Both the position numbers and the translations under genes were made by a program. DNA of 64,000 nt from Isurus oxyrinchus (lineage: Eukaryota), in the NCBI GenBank assembly GCA_026770705.1, contig JANJGN010000152.1:248001-312000 (forward strand), written 5' to 3'. The notes under the pieces were generated by a model. It saw nothing but the letters and a program-made list of their open reading frames with translations, was not told where the DNA came from and made no database searches. Within the stretch, counting starts at the first letter, position 1. The number at the start of each line of letters is the position of its first letter. This document shows, in pieces, positions 24,691 to 39,800 of this stretch.

Positions 24691-25639
24691 TGGACAGATA
24701 ATATTATAAGTAAAGATGTTGTGCTCGTAATTGGCCTGTGGCTTTGGCCTAAAATGGGCGGTATCGGAGTGACCGTCTGTTCTGCGCAGCGCCTGATATT
24801 CAGTTTCAGTGCGTCAATGGAATTACATTTCAGATATCGCCTGTTCTGTGTGTTTGTATAGAAACAAATCATTTTCACGCTTCCACTGTCATTCCACAAA
24901 TATATAAGATTTATCTTCACCAGAATGTTTCAGCGTTTTACTTTCTCTTCTTCAAACTGTAACTGCATATCTTTTAATACCGAAAGTTTTTATTGATCAT
25001 TTTCTGTTATGCATTCTTGTTTAGAAATTCGTGTCATATTGGTCATTCCGTTGCTGAGGCGGGCATGTCTGTCAGAAAACTTGCTAAATCTCCCTCTTCT
25101 TTCTGTCTGAGAAAGCGGATAATTCACTGAACCACTTTGTTCTCTCTCTCTCTCAATGCTCTCTTCCTCTTCCTCTTTCTCTCTCCCTCTCTGTGAGACA
25201 TTCCCCTTTTTATTTTAAATCTCTTATTTTCTAATAAATCTATTTAGAAAAACCATTTTTTAAACAATTCTCCTTCATTTCTCTCAATGATAATCTTCAG
25301 CCCATCCCGCCTTCAGTGAATGTGTTAAAACACAAACAGTTCATGTATTTTAATTGTAGATAGTTTAATACTGTAATAATTTGTTGGTAACCATTCTGTT
25401 GTGTGCTCTTGTTGAAAAAGTGGTGTTGATATGAGAACAGTACGTTTATAACTCTCCGGCTTATTATTCCTATTGATGGAAAGGATTGAAGCACCTGCTG
25501 CTCTCCAGAGAACTTTCACTATCTCTGTATCTACAGTTTATAACTGTTATCTTCAACAAATTCCAACCCAACCACGTTAATATTTTTTGGACTGATTTGC
25601 CAGCCCCTAGCCTGCATATTCTATGTAATCTTATCGAAA

Positions 25640-26280
25640 ATGAGACAGAGCCTGCTGGAGCAATAACAGGGACCGGACCTGTTATAATAAAACCGAAATA
25701 TGGACTAGTGTTGTAATGATAGAGACAAGCTCTGCTGTAATACAACTAGAGACATCAGTTAGCGTAACAATAGGAGAGATATTACTGGTGAAATATGAAC
25801 AGATATGGACTAATTCAGTAATAACAGAGATGGGATCTCGTGTAATATAAAGCTAAATGTGGACTACTACAATAACAACAGTAACAGAAACCGGTGTGTT
25901 AGAAAAAGAGATATGGGCGCGTTCAATAATTAGAGACACAGGAACTAGCCTAATACAGACAGAGACATGGGAAAATGCAGGATGACACGAACGGGTCCTG
26001 GGAGTAAGATAAGCAGAGATATGGGCTAGTCCAGGAATAAGTGAGACGGGATCTGGTAGAATATTTGAATAAGCAAGTCTTTGTATAATCATAATAGAAA
26101 AAATACTTTGTGCAATAATAAAAGAAAGACGTCATAGTGGAACACTAACTGGGACAGGGATAACTTATCAATACTAGAAACAGGGTCGATTGAAAACTGA
26201 CAGGAACAAGGTTTTCAGTAATAATAATACAGGTTTGCACTAGAAATTGAATAACGGGAAGGCTCCTAGTGTCACCATTA
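25640..26280 (+). repeat. Old diverged copy of the 27-bp satellite
   Basis: Recurring aataacagagaca(t/g)gg..tagtg motifs. Confidence 0.7.
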
Positions 26281-26799
26281 CAGATGCAGCGACTTAGACA
26301 ATGAGAATCGACACATGGAATAGATTAATAACAGCAGAGTTAAGTAAAACAAATATAGTGTTTGATGCAAGAATAACAGATCCAGTCTGCAGGGTATTAC
26401 TGAAGGCGTCACTGGGTCCACTCTGATGACACAGTCAGTATCTCGTGCACCCACATCCAAATTGGGTCTGATATAAACGAGTGTGTGTGTCTGTGTGTGT
26501 GTGTGTTTGCGTGTGTTTGCCTGTGTGTGTCAGTGCCTATTGATATGAGGGTAAATATTTTGTCTAATGCCTGATAACAGAGTCAAGCCCCATTGCAATA
26601 TGAATAGGATGGAGTTAGCGTAATGACACTGACACGGTCAAGTGTAATTGCAGCAAATGCTGCAATTGCTCTGCAGGACAGGCAGAATCTGAGGAGACAA
26701 ACAGAATTAATGGTTTACATCGATACCGTACATGGACTTGAAAACTCACTCTGTTTCTCTGGAAAGCTGCTCTGCACCAGAGTGGAACATTTGGTAACA

Positions 26800-27430
26800 G
26801 TCCTGTTTCTGGGTTGTAAGACCTTGGTTCAAACTCCACTCCAGGATTTGTTGGCCATGGAAGGAGAGTTCGTGCGACTCCAAGCAGATTTTTAATACGC
26901 CTCCAGAATTCTCCTCCCTCTCCACATCTTTCTCCAAGAGCACGAAGGCAAAAAAAACAAACAGATTCTCCACGTTCTGAAAGCCTGTGGAGTTTTTCCA
27001 GTATCTTCTGTTTTTATTTTAGATTTCTAGCATCTGCAGCATCTTTTTACTAATGGAATTCGACCTCGGAGCAGATCGTGTGAGCATTGACAATTCTGTG
27101 GCACTCTCACCCCTCTCAGAAGGCTGAATGTTCAAGCCCCAGTCCAGGGACTCGACAGCATGTGTAGGCCAATGCTCACGGTGATAGTTTATATGCACGC
27201 CTTTCTGTCAAATTATCCATTATTTTCTTACATCTCCATCCAGCGAAGGACGGCTTTCTGGGACATAATGGTTACTTTGATGATCCTGCCCTCTCCAGAA
27301 ATACAAACAACCTCTCCCTCCTTGGGTTAAGAAGGGAGATATGACTGCCGGGCCGGGGTCAGACTGGACTTTGGTATAATGATAATCACAGAGGCCGGCT
27401 CCGTCTATCACTAACAGAGGCTGCGGGTAA
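26800..27430 (+). pseudogene. Possible V-domain relic split by repeat fragments
   Basis: LVQTPLQDLLAMEGEFVRLQ at 26824-26883; Penelope/SINE pieces 26950-27200; then EGRYDCRAGVRLDFGIMIITEAGSVYH; no convincing RSS. Confidence 0.3.
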
Positions 27431-28551
27431 TCTTGCATAAAAGGATGCAGGAGCCTAATAAACATCTGATTGTAATCTAGAGGGAAAGTGTAAGGACGCT
27501 ATGGTGTTCATGGTCTTAGCGCAGGGTGCAGTGTTATGGTGAGTGACACAGGGATTTATGTGGTAAAAACGGAATGGAAACATGACAGAGGCCCGTGTGA
27601 CTGAGTGCACCTGACCAAGAGCTGTTATACCCAAGGGGAGGACAATTATGGCGGACTCCACAGATTTCTGATATCTGAGAGGACAATGCTGCGTCTGTCA
27701 GAGGAACAGAAAATAATCTACTCCTTCCCATTCTTACCAACAGTTCTCCATTTACACAGACAGGCAAGGGCCGGACCCGGCAGTTTGTAGAAATCAATGT
27801 TTAAATCTTCAGCGTGAGGCACACGATGACTGAAAAGATTAAACACCAAAACCTCACCAGAAGAAAATTCAGAGCCACAAATGTCAAGGATAATCGTGCT
27901 TTTTACTAAATAAGTTCTATCCCGTGTTATTTTATTCAATGTAGTGATTTGTAAATAGTAATGAACTTCTGAAGGATTCCTGGTAATTATCGATACACAA
28001 GCTCAAGTACTGTCAAACGACAGGATTAGCACACGACGAAAGTTGTACAATTATTGCATTTTATTCGGGTTCAATGAGGGACAGATCTGGATACAGAAAA
28101 GGCCCTAGGACAATGCTATAGATGATCGATCCTGTTGGTCCCTTCCATATATTCCAACAAATTTTAAACTGTTCGAAGTTAAATCTAATTCATTTTACAA
28201 AGTTACTATTAAATCAGATTCCCTCACCCTTTCAAGCTGTGCATTCCAGTTCATAACAACTCGCCATGTAAAAAAAATAAACAATTATCCTTATGTCTTC
28301 CTCTTCAAAAAAGTAAATCTGTCTCTCCTGGTTACCGACCCTCCTTCCAGTTGAAATATTCTCTCTCTATTTACCCTATCAAAACTTCCACAATTTTGAG
28401 CACTCTTACTTGAAGACACACAGAGGGGAGGAGAGAGATATGCAGAGAGATAAACAGATAAAACTGAGCAAATGAGACTTAAAATGAAAAAGGGAGACGG
28501 AGTATTGCAGAGAAACAGAGGAAACAAGTTCCGAATGACAGTGTGTGCAGG

Positions 28552-28597
<46 letters not shown>

Positions 28598-29766
28598 GTG
28601 GCGGGTGATGGAGTGGTGGGGGTGGTGGTGTGTGGAGGGGCTGTGGGGGGTGGGGAGGGGGGAGTGGGGGGCGGGGCAGTGGAGAATGACAACGAAAATT
28701 GAAAGACAGCAAGATCTCATTTCCCGGCTTCAGGGACCCGGGGGAGCTCAGTGACTGATCCACTGACCACCCAGTTATGTCCTGCAATAGAAGCTCTAAG
28801 CAGATCACAATAGGCTCATTTGTAAATGTCACCACAATGTGATCTGTGTGACTCTGCCCTAACTCTGTGGACAGATATAGGTCGCCTTGACAGATGTTCT
28901 CACCAGATTGTGGCCCCTGGATTTATTTTCTGCTCAGAAGTGAGATGTGCGGTTTGGAACCGGCAGCAGAAAAACAGGAAGTTGTGTTACCTGAGAATGA
29001 AACAGCCGGCGTCAGTTTCATGTTATCACCATGAACAGTCTTCCTGCCTGTGAGGGTGAACTCACTCTGACAGCATCAAGAACAACCACACAGATTGCTG
29101 CCGGTCTCGGTATTACATTCACATCCATTCCCAATTTAAAGAATTAAATAAATGAGGTTATTTTGGTTATAACATATTAAATGAAGGCGAGATGGACTGA
29201 AGGTTATCACCGGGAGAAAAGAGGGGAAATTGAAACAGTAATATCGCCCACAAGGGTTATTCTAAAATGGAAAGTTTTACGAGGCTTTTGTGCTGTTTGA
29301 GAGAAAGAGAAGAGAGAGGTTAAGTGAGTGAGCTGGTGTCTTTATGAAACTGAATTTTCCCCTGTTGAGGTTTTGGCGCTTAATCTTTTCAGTGATAATG
29401 TGCCTCAAGCAAAAGATTTAAACATTGGTTCCTCGGAACTGCCAGATCCAGCCCTTGTGAGTCTGTGTAAGTAAGTGGAGTGAAGCCTGGGAGAGAGAAG
29501 AGAGGTTAACTGATTTTGGTGTATTCTGAGACAGAGGAGGAAAGGATGAAGTTCAGTGAGTCATTTGAAAGATGTGTTTGCCTTGACAACGGAATGGCCA
29601 GCTTCGCATTACTTCCCAGAGCACGCAAGACAATGCATTATGGATAAATATTTACGGCAGCATAGGCAGCATATAGATATGTTCTCAATAAACTATCGTG
29701 ACGTGCTGATAAATAATTATAATGTCTTTTGCAAGCAATTAAATATGATATGTTCCAGGCGCACTC

Positions 29767-29896
29767 NNNNNNNNNNNNNNNNNNNNNNNNNNNNNNNNNN
29801 NNNNNNNNNNNNNNNNNNNNNNNNNNNNNNNNNNNNNNNNNNNNNNNNNNNNNNNNNNNNNNNNNNNNNNNNNNNNNNNNNNNNNNNNNNNNNNNN
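29767..29896. other. Assembly gap (130 N)
   Basis: Run of N. Confidence 1.
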
Positions 29897-30604
29897 ACAT
29901 ACTTAGAAACACAGTGACACACACATGCACAGACACACACACTGACACAGACACATGCACACACACTCACACCTTTCACACACAGAAGCATTAGTTATTA
30001 GGAGCCTGCGGCCGCCTATTCGTCTGAGGACGCGATTTCAGACCCAGTCTCTCACAATCAGTGGACACGCCAAAAGCAAACAGAAATTCCTATTGGAAAA
30101 GTGGAAAAAAAAAACCTGGAAATTAAAGAAAACTGTGAGCAATTGCCACTGATCAACTCAAGTATGGGTGAGTCATCCCGAAGACATTTCTGCTCGTGAC
30201 TAAGTTGTGCAATGTGCAGTGCAATGTGGTTCACCTTTATTTCTGTTAATCAGTCTGATTAAGAAAATGTTACAAGATTCACCCCAATTTTTCAACACAA
30301 ACATTACACACATTACACCAGAGCAATTAGAAATTGCACCCAACGGCTAATAGTTATTAACAAGACTAAACGTATTCTCCCAACCCCTTTTTACCTGCGG
30401 TATATTCTAACATTTTAAAAATTAACATCCGTCTATCCACCTCACTTTCTCGCTAGCTCTGTCTAGTTAGTAGAAACCTTTCATAATGCAGTAATAACTG
30501 AGACTCGGTCTAGTTTATTAATAAATGGGATAGGACATTTATAATATAAGGTGAGACAGAGGAGAGCACAGTAATTAATGAAGCAGCCTAATACAGTAAT
30601 ATCA

Positions 30605-31745
30605 AAGAATCACAGAACTTTAACACCACAGAAGGAGGCCATTCGGCCCATCTTGTCTGCACCGGCTGTCCAAATGAGCACTCTGACCTTATGCAATTGC
30701 TCTGAATTTTCCCCGTACCCTTGCACTTTGTTTTATTCAAATAATCATTTAATTCCCTCTTGAATGCCTCGATTGAACCTGTCTCCCTCACACTTCCAGG
30801 CAATGTATTTCAGACCCGAACCACTCGTTGGGTGATTTTTTTTTTCACGTCACATCTGCTTCTTTTACAAATCACTTTAAATCTGTGACCTCTCGTTTTT
30901 GGTCATTTTACGAGTGGGAACAGCTTCTTCCTCTCTACTCTGTCCAGCCCACACATGATTTTGAAAACTTCAATCAAATCTCCTCTCAGCCTTTTCCTCC
31001 CCATGGAAAACAGCCCCAACCTCTTCAATCTATCCTCATAGCTGAAGTTTCTCATCCCTGGGAACATTCTTGTAAACCTCTTCAGCACTCTCTCCAACAT
31101 ATTCCCATCCTTCCTATAATATGGTACCCAGGACGGTACACAATATTCTAGCCGAGGTCTAACGAGGACCTTTTATAAATTCAGCATAACCTCCCTGATC
31201 TTGTACTCTATGCCCCTATTAATAGAGCCCAGGATACTAGATGTTGAATTAACTGCTCCCTCCACCTGTCCTGCCACTTTCAATGATTTGTGCACAAATA
31301 TGCCTAAGTCTTCCCGCTCATGCACTCCTTTCAAAATTGCACCCCTTATTTTATATTATCAATCGATGTTCTTTCAGCCAAAATGTTCTTTCACCCCACA
31401 CTTCACATCAAACTTCATCTGTCACCTATCTGCCCACTCCAACAAATTGTCTGTATCCTTTTGAAGTTCCACACCGTTCTCGCAGTTTACAACACTCCCA
31501 AGCTTCCTAACATCCTCAAACTTTCAAATTGTCCCTTGCACACCAAGGTCTAAATCATTAATATACATCAGGAAAAGCAAGGGTCCCAATAACGATCCCT
31601 GGGGAACTCCACTACAAATGTTCCTCCAGCCCGAAAGACATTAATTGACCATTACCCCCTGCTTCCTTTTTTTCAGCCAATTTTATGTCCACGTTGCCAC
31701 TATCCCTTTTATTCCATGAGCAATAACTTTTCTCACAAGTTGGTT
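30605..31745 (-). mobile_element. CR1 LINE 3' 1.1 kb
   Basis: Minus ORF LERVLKRFTRMFPGMRNFSYEDRLKRLGLFS...LRGDLIEVFKIM; [23 protein letters not shown]. Confidence 0.92.
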
Positions 31746-31869
31746 GTCAGGTGAATCCTAATAAAATACAAATGGGGACTTTGTGCAATGCAACAGCAGC
31801 TCAGAAATTGTCACTTGCAGTATATATAAAGGCACGGCTATGTGCATTAATAAATGAAGCATCATATAA

Positions 31870-32035
31870 GACCCCCCCCCCCCGCACCAACCTTAAACCA
31901 GCTTATATTTCACCCCTCTCCTATTTTTACTTAGTTCTGTTGAAGGGTCATGAGGACTCGAAACGGCAACTTTGTTCTTCTCTGCCGATGCTGCCAGACC
32001 TGCTGGGTTTTTCCAGGTATTTCTGTTTTTATTTT
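31870..32035 (+). mobile_element. Penelope 3' terminal fragment
   Basis: Matches 40910-41060. Confidence 0.85.
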
Positions 32036-32529
32036 AGTGCTAATTGGTACAAAGTCTAATATTATAAACAGCAGCAGGGTCAGGTGTAGTGATAACTGGG
32101 AAAGGACCAATTGCAACACAAATAGAGATATGGAGGACTGCAGTAATAAATCAGGAAGGGCCCATTGTACTATTAATAATGACTGTCTCTAGTGCAACAG
32201 TAACTTAAGCAAAGCATAGTTTAGCATTTACAGTTACAAATGAGGGTGTGAAATACATTGAACCAGGTCTGTATAGGAATTATTAAAACAGGGCCTTGAT
32301 TGACATAAACTGAGGTAGGGTCTAGCGCAGTGATTACTGAAACAGGGCATGGTTTATTAACAACTGCGACAGGGCCTAGTGCAATGATAACTGATACAGG
32401 GCTTGGATTGATGTAAACTGAGACAGGGCCCAGTGAAGTGATTACTTTCACAGGGCCGAGATTAGTATCAACTGAGCAGGGACCAATACAATGATTACTG
32501 ATACAGGGTCTAAATTGATGTAAAAGCAG

Positions 32530-33810
32530 AAAATGCTGGAAAACCACCACTAAATTCACTCAGCTCCTTCGCCTGCTTCGTACCTGTTCTGATGAGGCCA
32601 AAACAATGCTTCTGACATGCCTTCCTACTTCCTTAAACAAGCTTCCCACCCACTGTGGTTGACAGGGCCCTCAACTGTGTCTGACCTATCTCCCACGTCT
32701 CTGCTTTCACACATTCCTCTCTCTCACAGAATCATAATAGGGTCCCACTTATTCTCTCGTTTCACCTCACCAGCCTCTGCATTCAAAGGATCATCCTCCG
32801 CCATTTCTGCTAACTCCAGCATGGTGCCATCATCAATCACATCTTCCCCTCACCACCACACCCCTCACCACCACACCACCACCCACACCCCCGTAGGGGC
32901 CATTCCCTCTGGGACAGTCTGGTCCAGTCCTCCAACACCTCCAGCACCTCATCCCCTTCCCAAGGCATTTGCCCAAGCAATAAGAGAAGATGCAACACTT
33001 GCCCATTTACCTCCTCCTTCCTCACTATCCAAGGGCCAAATATTCCTTGCAGGTGAAGAACCAATTCATTGCACCTCCTTCAATTTGGCCTCCTGCATTT
33101 GCTACTCCCAATGCGTTCTCCACTTCATCGGGGAGACCATACGCAGACTGGCAGATGGCTTTGTGGAATACCTTCGGTCTGTCTGCAAGTATGACCTAGA
33201 CCTTCCTGTCGCTTGCAATTTCAACACACCATCCTGCTCTCATACCCATATGTTCCTCTTTGACCTGCTGCAATGTTCCAGTGAAGCCCAATGCAAACTG
33301 GAGGAACAACACCTCATCTTCTGATTATGCACTTTACAGCCTTACTCATTTATTCATCCTTTTATCCCTTTTTTAATCCCCATTTCTATTCCTTTTTGTA
33401 CGGTTTTTCCCCAACCACCGCCTCGTCCCCCTACCACACCCCTAAAGGTGCCATCATTACTTGTTCCCTCTTGTTATTTCTCAGTGTGCTGATTCTGGTT
33501 CTGCTATTAACACATTCTGATTTCTTACCTTTATGATTCTATCAGCACCTACTTTAATCTTACCACTACCAGTGACACTCCCTTTTTCTTTTTCCCATGA
33601 TATTTATCAGTCTCACCTTACCCCCACCTATTGCTTGCCTTCTATCCAGACTCACCTGCTCTACTGCGCTTAAACAACAAATGTCATCGCACTTTGAATT
33701 CTATTTCACTCTGAAGAAGAGTCAGATGGTCTCAAAAAGTTAGCTCTTCTTCTCTCACCACAGGTGAGATTTTCCAGCATTTCTTGCTTTTCTTTCAGAT
33801 TTCCAGTGAC
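32530..33810 (+). mobile_element. Decayed Penelope-like element (GIY-YIG region plus 3' end)
   Basis: ORF 32617-33324 ends FIGETIRRLADGFVEYLRSV...PVACNFN...LEEQHLIF. Confidence 0.85.
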
Positions 33811-36800
33811 TGCTGATACAGGGGTCTAGACTGAAACAAATTGAAGCAGGGCATACTGCAAAGATGACTGATACAGGGCCGAGATTAATCTAAATTGAGA
33901 CAGGGCCTAGTGCAGTGATTGCTGCAGGTCTAGCTGAATATAAGCTGAGACACAGCCTAGTGCATTCATGACAGACTCAGGACTTACATTAATATAAACT
34001 GTGACAGGGCATGGTGCTGTGATTATTGATACAGGTTCAAGATCAGTATATGCTGAGACAGTGCCCTTTACAGTGATAACTTTAAAAAAGGTCTTGATCA
34101 ATATAACCTGAGTCAGTGCCCTTTGCAGTGATTACTGATACAGGGTATAGCTCAATGTAACTGACACATGGTCTAGTTCAGTGTTTACTGATGCATGGTC
34201 TCAATCAATATAAACTCAGGCAATGCCCAGTGCAGTGATTACTGATTTAGGGCTGAGGTAAATATAAAATGAGACCGAGTCTAGTGCAGTGATTACGGAT
34301 ACAGGGTCCAGATCAATATAAACTGAGACAAGGTCTAGCACAGTCATTACTGATACAGGGTCTAGATTAATATAAACTGAGAGAGGGCCTAGTACAGTGA
34401 TTAGTGAAAGATGGTCTGGACTAATATAAACTGAGGCAAGCCAGAGTGCAATGATGACTGATACAGGATTTAGAGCCTGCATCAGTAATTACTGCACCAG
34501 GCCCTGTCACAGTTTATATCATTCAAGATCACATGTCAGTAATCACTACACTGAACACTGCCTCAGTTTATATTTACCTAGAGCCTGTACCAGTAATCTC
34601 TGCACTGGACACGGTCTCAGTTTATATTAATCAAGACCCTGTATCAGTAATCAATGCAATAGATGCTGTCTCAATTGATATTGATCTAGACCTGTATAAG
34701 TAATCATTGCTCTTGACCCTGTCTCAGTTTACATTAATCTTGGCCCCATATCAGTTATCTCTGCACTAGACTCTGTCCCACTTTATATTAGCTTAGCCCC
34801 TCAATCGGTAATCACTGCACTAGTTCCAGTCTGATTTTATGCTAATCTAGTCCCTCCAGCAGTAATCACTGCAAGAGCTTCTGTCCCAGTTATATTTATC
34901 TAGGCCCTGTATCAGTGAACATTTCACCAGGGCATGTCTCAGTTTTTGATGGTTCAGAAGCTGTTTCAGTAATCACTGCACTCAACCCTGTTACAAGATC
35001 TAGATTAATATAGAGTGAGACAGGATCTAGTGCTGTGTTTACTGATACATGGTCTCAATCAATATAAACTCAGACAATGTCCAGCGCCGTGATTATAGAT
35101 ACAAAGCTGAGATAAATATAAACTGAGACAGGGCCTACTGCCATGATTACTGACACAGAGCCTAGATTAATATAAACAGAGAGAGGCTCATTTGCGGTGA
35201 TTACTGATTTAGGGTTGAAATTGATATAAAATGATGCAGGGTCTAGTGCAGTGATTATTGATATAGGGTCTAAATTGATATAAAATTGTGCAGTGATTCC
35301 TGATAAAGGGTTGAAATTAATATGAACATGAGACAAGGCCAAGTGCAATGATTATTGTTACAGGGTCTAGATTGATATAAACTGAGACAGGGCCTAGTGC
35401 TGTGATTTGTGATGCAGGGTTGGATTGATATTAAATGAGACAGGGTCTTGTGCAGTTAATACTGACACAGGCTCTGAAATAATATAACCTGAGACAGGGC
35501 CATTGTCATGATTCGTGATGCAGGTTTGAGGTTAATATGAACTTAGAGAGGGCCTAGTGCAGTGATTACTGATAGAGGGACTAGATTGATATAAATTGGG
35601 CAGGGCATAATGCAGTGATTACTGATACAGGCTTTAGATTAATATAAACTGAGAAATAGTCCAGTGCCATGCTTTTTGGTTCGGGGTGCAAATTGTTATA
35701 ACCAGAACAGAGTCGAGTGCAGTGAATACTGAAACAGCTTCTGAACCAACAAAAACTGAGACATGCCCTGATGAAATGTTCAGTGATACAGGGCCTAGAT
35801 AAATATAACTGGGACAGAAGCTCTTGCAGTGATTACTGCTGCAGGGACTAAATTAATATAAACTCAGACTGGACCTAGTGCAGTGATTACTGATTGAGGG
35901 GCTAAGCTAATATAAAGTGGGACAGAGTCTAGTGCAGAGATAACTGATATGGGGCCAAGATTAATGTAAACTGAGACAGGGTCAAGAGCAATGATTACTT
36001 ATACAGGCCTAGATCAATATCAATTGAGACAGCATCTATTGCATTGATTACTGATATAGGGTCTTGATTAATATAAATTGAGACTGTGTCCAGTGCAGAG
36101 ATTACTGATACAGGCTTTAGGTAAATATAAACTGAGGCAGTGTCCAGTGTAGTGATTACTGACATGGGATCTTGATTGATATAAACTGCGACAGGGCCTG
36201 GTGCAGTAATTACTGATGCAGGCTCTAAATGAATATAAACTAAGGCAGAGTCTAGTGCAGTAATTACTGACAGTGGGCCTATTTCATATCAACTGAGGCA
36301 GGGCCTAGTGCGGTGATTACTGATACAGTGCCTAGATTGATAAAAGCTGAGGAAGGGCAAAATAAAATATAAATTGATACTGAAAAAGGTCTAGATCAGT
36401 GTCAACGTAGACAGTGTCTAGTGCAATGACTACTGACACAGGATCTAGATGAATATAAACTGTGACAGGGTCTAGTGCATTGATTCCTGATAGAGGGCCT
36501 AGGTTGATATAAAGTGAGGCTGGGCCTAGTGCAGTGATCACTGATACTGGATCTAGTCTAATATAAACTAGGGCAGGGGCTAGTGCAGTAAATAGTGATA
36601 CAGGGTCTAGAATAATAAAACTTGTTGCAGGGCGAAGTCCAGTGAGTACTGTTACGGAGTCTGGGTTGATGTAAACTGAGACAGGGCCATGTGTCGTGAT
36701 TACTGATATAGGGTTTAGATTAATAGAAACAGATGCAGGATCTAGTGCAGTGATTACTGACAAAGGGTCCTGATTAATATAAACTGAGACAGGGTCTATT

Positions 36801-39800
36801 GCAGTGATTACTCATAAAGGGCCTAGGTTAATATGAAATGAGACAGGTCATAGTACAGTGATGACTGATACAGGGTCTAGGCAAATATAAAGTGGGATAG
36901 GGCCAAGTGGAGTGATTACTGATACAGGGTCTAGATCAATGTAAACTGGGATAGGGGCTAGTGCAGTGATTACTGATACAGGGTCTGGGCTCCTATAAAC
37001 TGAGGCATTCCCTAGTTCTGTCATTATTGATACAGGGTAAGGGCTAATATAAATGGAGACAGGGTCTAGTGAAGTGATTACTCATAAAGGGCCTGGATTA
37101 ATATGGATGAGACAGGTCATAGCGCAGTGATTACTGATACAGGGTCTAGGGTAATATAAACTGAGACAGGGTCTAGTGCAGTGATTACTGATGAAGGGTC
37201 TAGATCAATATAAGCTGAGAGAGAGTCTAGTGCAGTGGTTACTGATACAGGGTCTAGATTGATATAAAATGAGGCAGGCCATCATGCAGTGTCTACTGAT
37301 ACAGGGCCTAGATAAATAAAAACTAGTGCTTACTGATACAGGATCTAGATCAATACTAAGTGAGAGTGTCCATTGCACTGATTATTATTCAGGGACTAGA
37401 TTAATACAAACTGAGATAGGGTCTAGTGCAGTGATTCCTGATGCAGGGTCTGAATCAATATAAACTGAGACAGGTCCAAATGCAGTGAGTACTGTTACAG
37501 GGTCTCGGTTGATATTCAGTGATGCAGGGCATAATGCAGTGAATACTGATACAGGGTCTAGCAAAATATAATCTGAGACAGGCTCTAGTGCAGTGATTAC
37601 TGTTACGGGGTCCACATTAATATAAGCTGAGACAGTGTCCAGTGTAGTCATTACTAATAAAGGGTCTAGATTGATAGAAAATGAGCCAGGGACGAGTGCA
37701 GTGTTTACTGAGCATGGTGTTGATCAGTATAAACTCAGATAATGTCCAGTGCAGTCTTTACTGATATAGCGCTGAGATAAATATAAACTGAGACTGGGCC
37801 TACTGCAGTGATTACTGATACAGGGTCTAGATTAATATAAGCTGACACAGGATCTAGTGCAGTGATTACTGATACAGTACCTGGACAAATATAATCTGAG
37901 ACATCATCTAGTTCTGTCATTACTGATACAGGGTCTGGACTAATATAAACTGACACTGTGTCCAATGCATTGAATACTGATACGGGACATGGATTGATAT
38001 GAACTGAGTGCAGATATTACTGATACAGGACCTAGATAAATATAAACTAGGACACAGGCTGGGGCAGTGATAACTGATACAGGGTCTAGATACATGTTAA
38101 CTGAGATAGGGCCAAGTGTAGTGATTACTGATACAAGGCCGAGTTTAATATAAACTGAGACAGGGCCTGGTGCAGTGTTCACTGATACAGGGCCTAGATA
38201 AATAAAAATGAGGACAGCAGCTATTGCAGTGATTACTGACACAGAGCCCAGATCAATACAAAGTGAGAGTGCCTGTTGCACTGATTATTATACATGGTCT
38301 AGATTAATATAAACTGAAATAGTGTCTAGTGCAGTGATTTCTGATGCAGGGCCAGTATCAATATAAACTGAGAAAGTGTTCAGTGCAGTGATTGCTGATA
38401 AAGGGTCTAGATTAATATAAACTGAGACAGGGCCAAATATCAGTGATTACTGTTACAGGGTCTAGGTTGACACGAAGTGGGGCAGGGGATAGTGCAGAGG
38501 TAACTGATACAGGGTCTAGAACAATATAAACTGAGACTGGGTCTAGTGCACTAATTAATGTTACAGGGTCCTAATTCATATATACTGAGTCAGCACGTAC
38601 TGCAGTGATTACTGATATAGGCACCAGATTAAGATGAACTCAGGCAGGGCCTTCTGCAGTGATTAGTGATACAAGGTTGGATTTATATAAAATCAGACAG
38701 GCTGTATTGCAATCATTACTGATACAGGGTCTGGATCGATATAAACCAAGACAGTGACCAGTACAGTGTTCGTTTACAGGGTCTAGACTAATATCAACTG
38801 ATACAGAGCCTAGTGCAGTGATTACTGATACAGAGTCTAGACTGATAAAAACCGAGGCAGGGCATAATGCAGAGATTAATGATACAGGGTCTAGATTAAC
38901 ATAAACTGACACAGAGCCCAGTGCAGTGATAACTAATGCAGGGCGAAAATAAATATAAACTAGGACAGAGGCTAGTGCAATGATTAATGATACAGGATCC
39001 GGATCAATATAAACTGAGATGGTGCCCAATGCAGTCATTATTAATACAGGGTCTAGATTAATAGAAACTGAGGCAGGGTCGGGTGCTGTGTTTACTGATA
39101 CATGCTCTTGATCAATTGAAACTCAGACAGTGTCCAGTGCAGTGTTTACTGATACAGGGCTGAGAGAAAAATAAACTGGGACAGAGCATAGTGCAGAGAT
39201 AACTGACACGTGGTCTAGAAGAATATAAACTGAGACAGGGCTTTGTGCACTGATTAGTGTTACAGGGTCCAGATTAATACAAACTGAGACAGGGCCTAAT
39301 GCAATGATTACTGATACAGGGTCTAGGTTAATTTAAACTCAGACAATGTCCAGTGCAATGTTTACTGATACAGGGCTGAGATAAATACAAACTGAGACTG
39401 GGCCTACTGCAATGATAACTGATACAGGGTCTAGATTAATATAAACTGAGACAGGGTCGAGTGCAGTGATTACTGATACAGTATCTGTACTAATATAAAC
39501 TGAGACAGTGTCCAATGCATTGATTACTGACACAGGATCTAGATTGATATGGACTGAGTGCAGATACTACTGATACAGGGCCGAGATAAATATAAACTAG
39601 GACAGGAGCTAGTGCAGCTATTACTGATACAGGGTCTCGATCAATATAAACTGAGACAGTGTCCATTGCAGTGATTACTGATGCAGTGTCTGAATCAATA
39701 TAAACTGAGACAGTACAAAAACAGAATTACCTGGAAAAACTCAGCAGGTCTGGCAGCATCGGCAGAGAAGAAAAGAGTTGACGTTTCGAGTCCTCATGAC

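Noticed and set aside
27500-27575. Possible D segment (CAGTGTT...CACAGGG)
   Set aside because: No nonamers at valid spacing.
28880-29110. V-like GFIF...WNRQQ...YL
   Set aside because: No conserved cysteines, splice acceptor or RSS identified.
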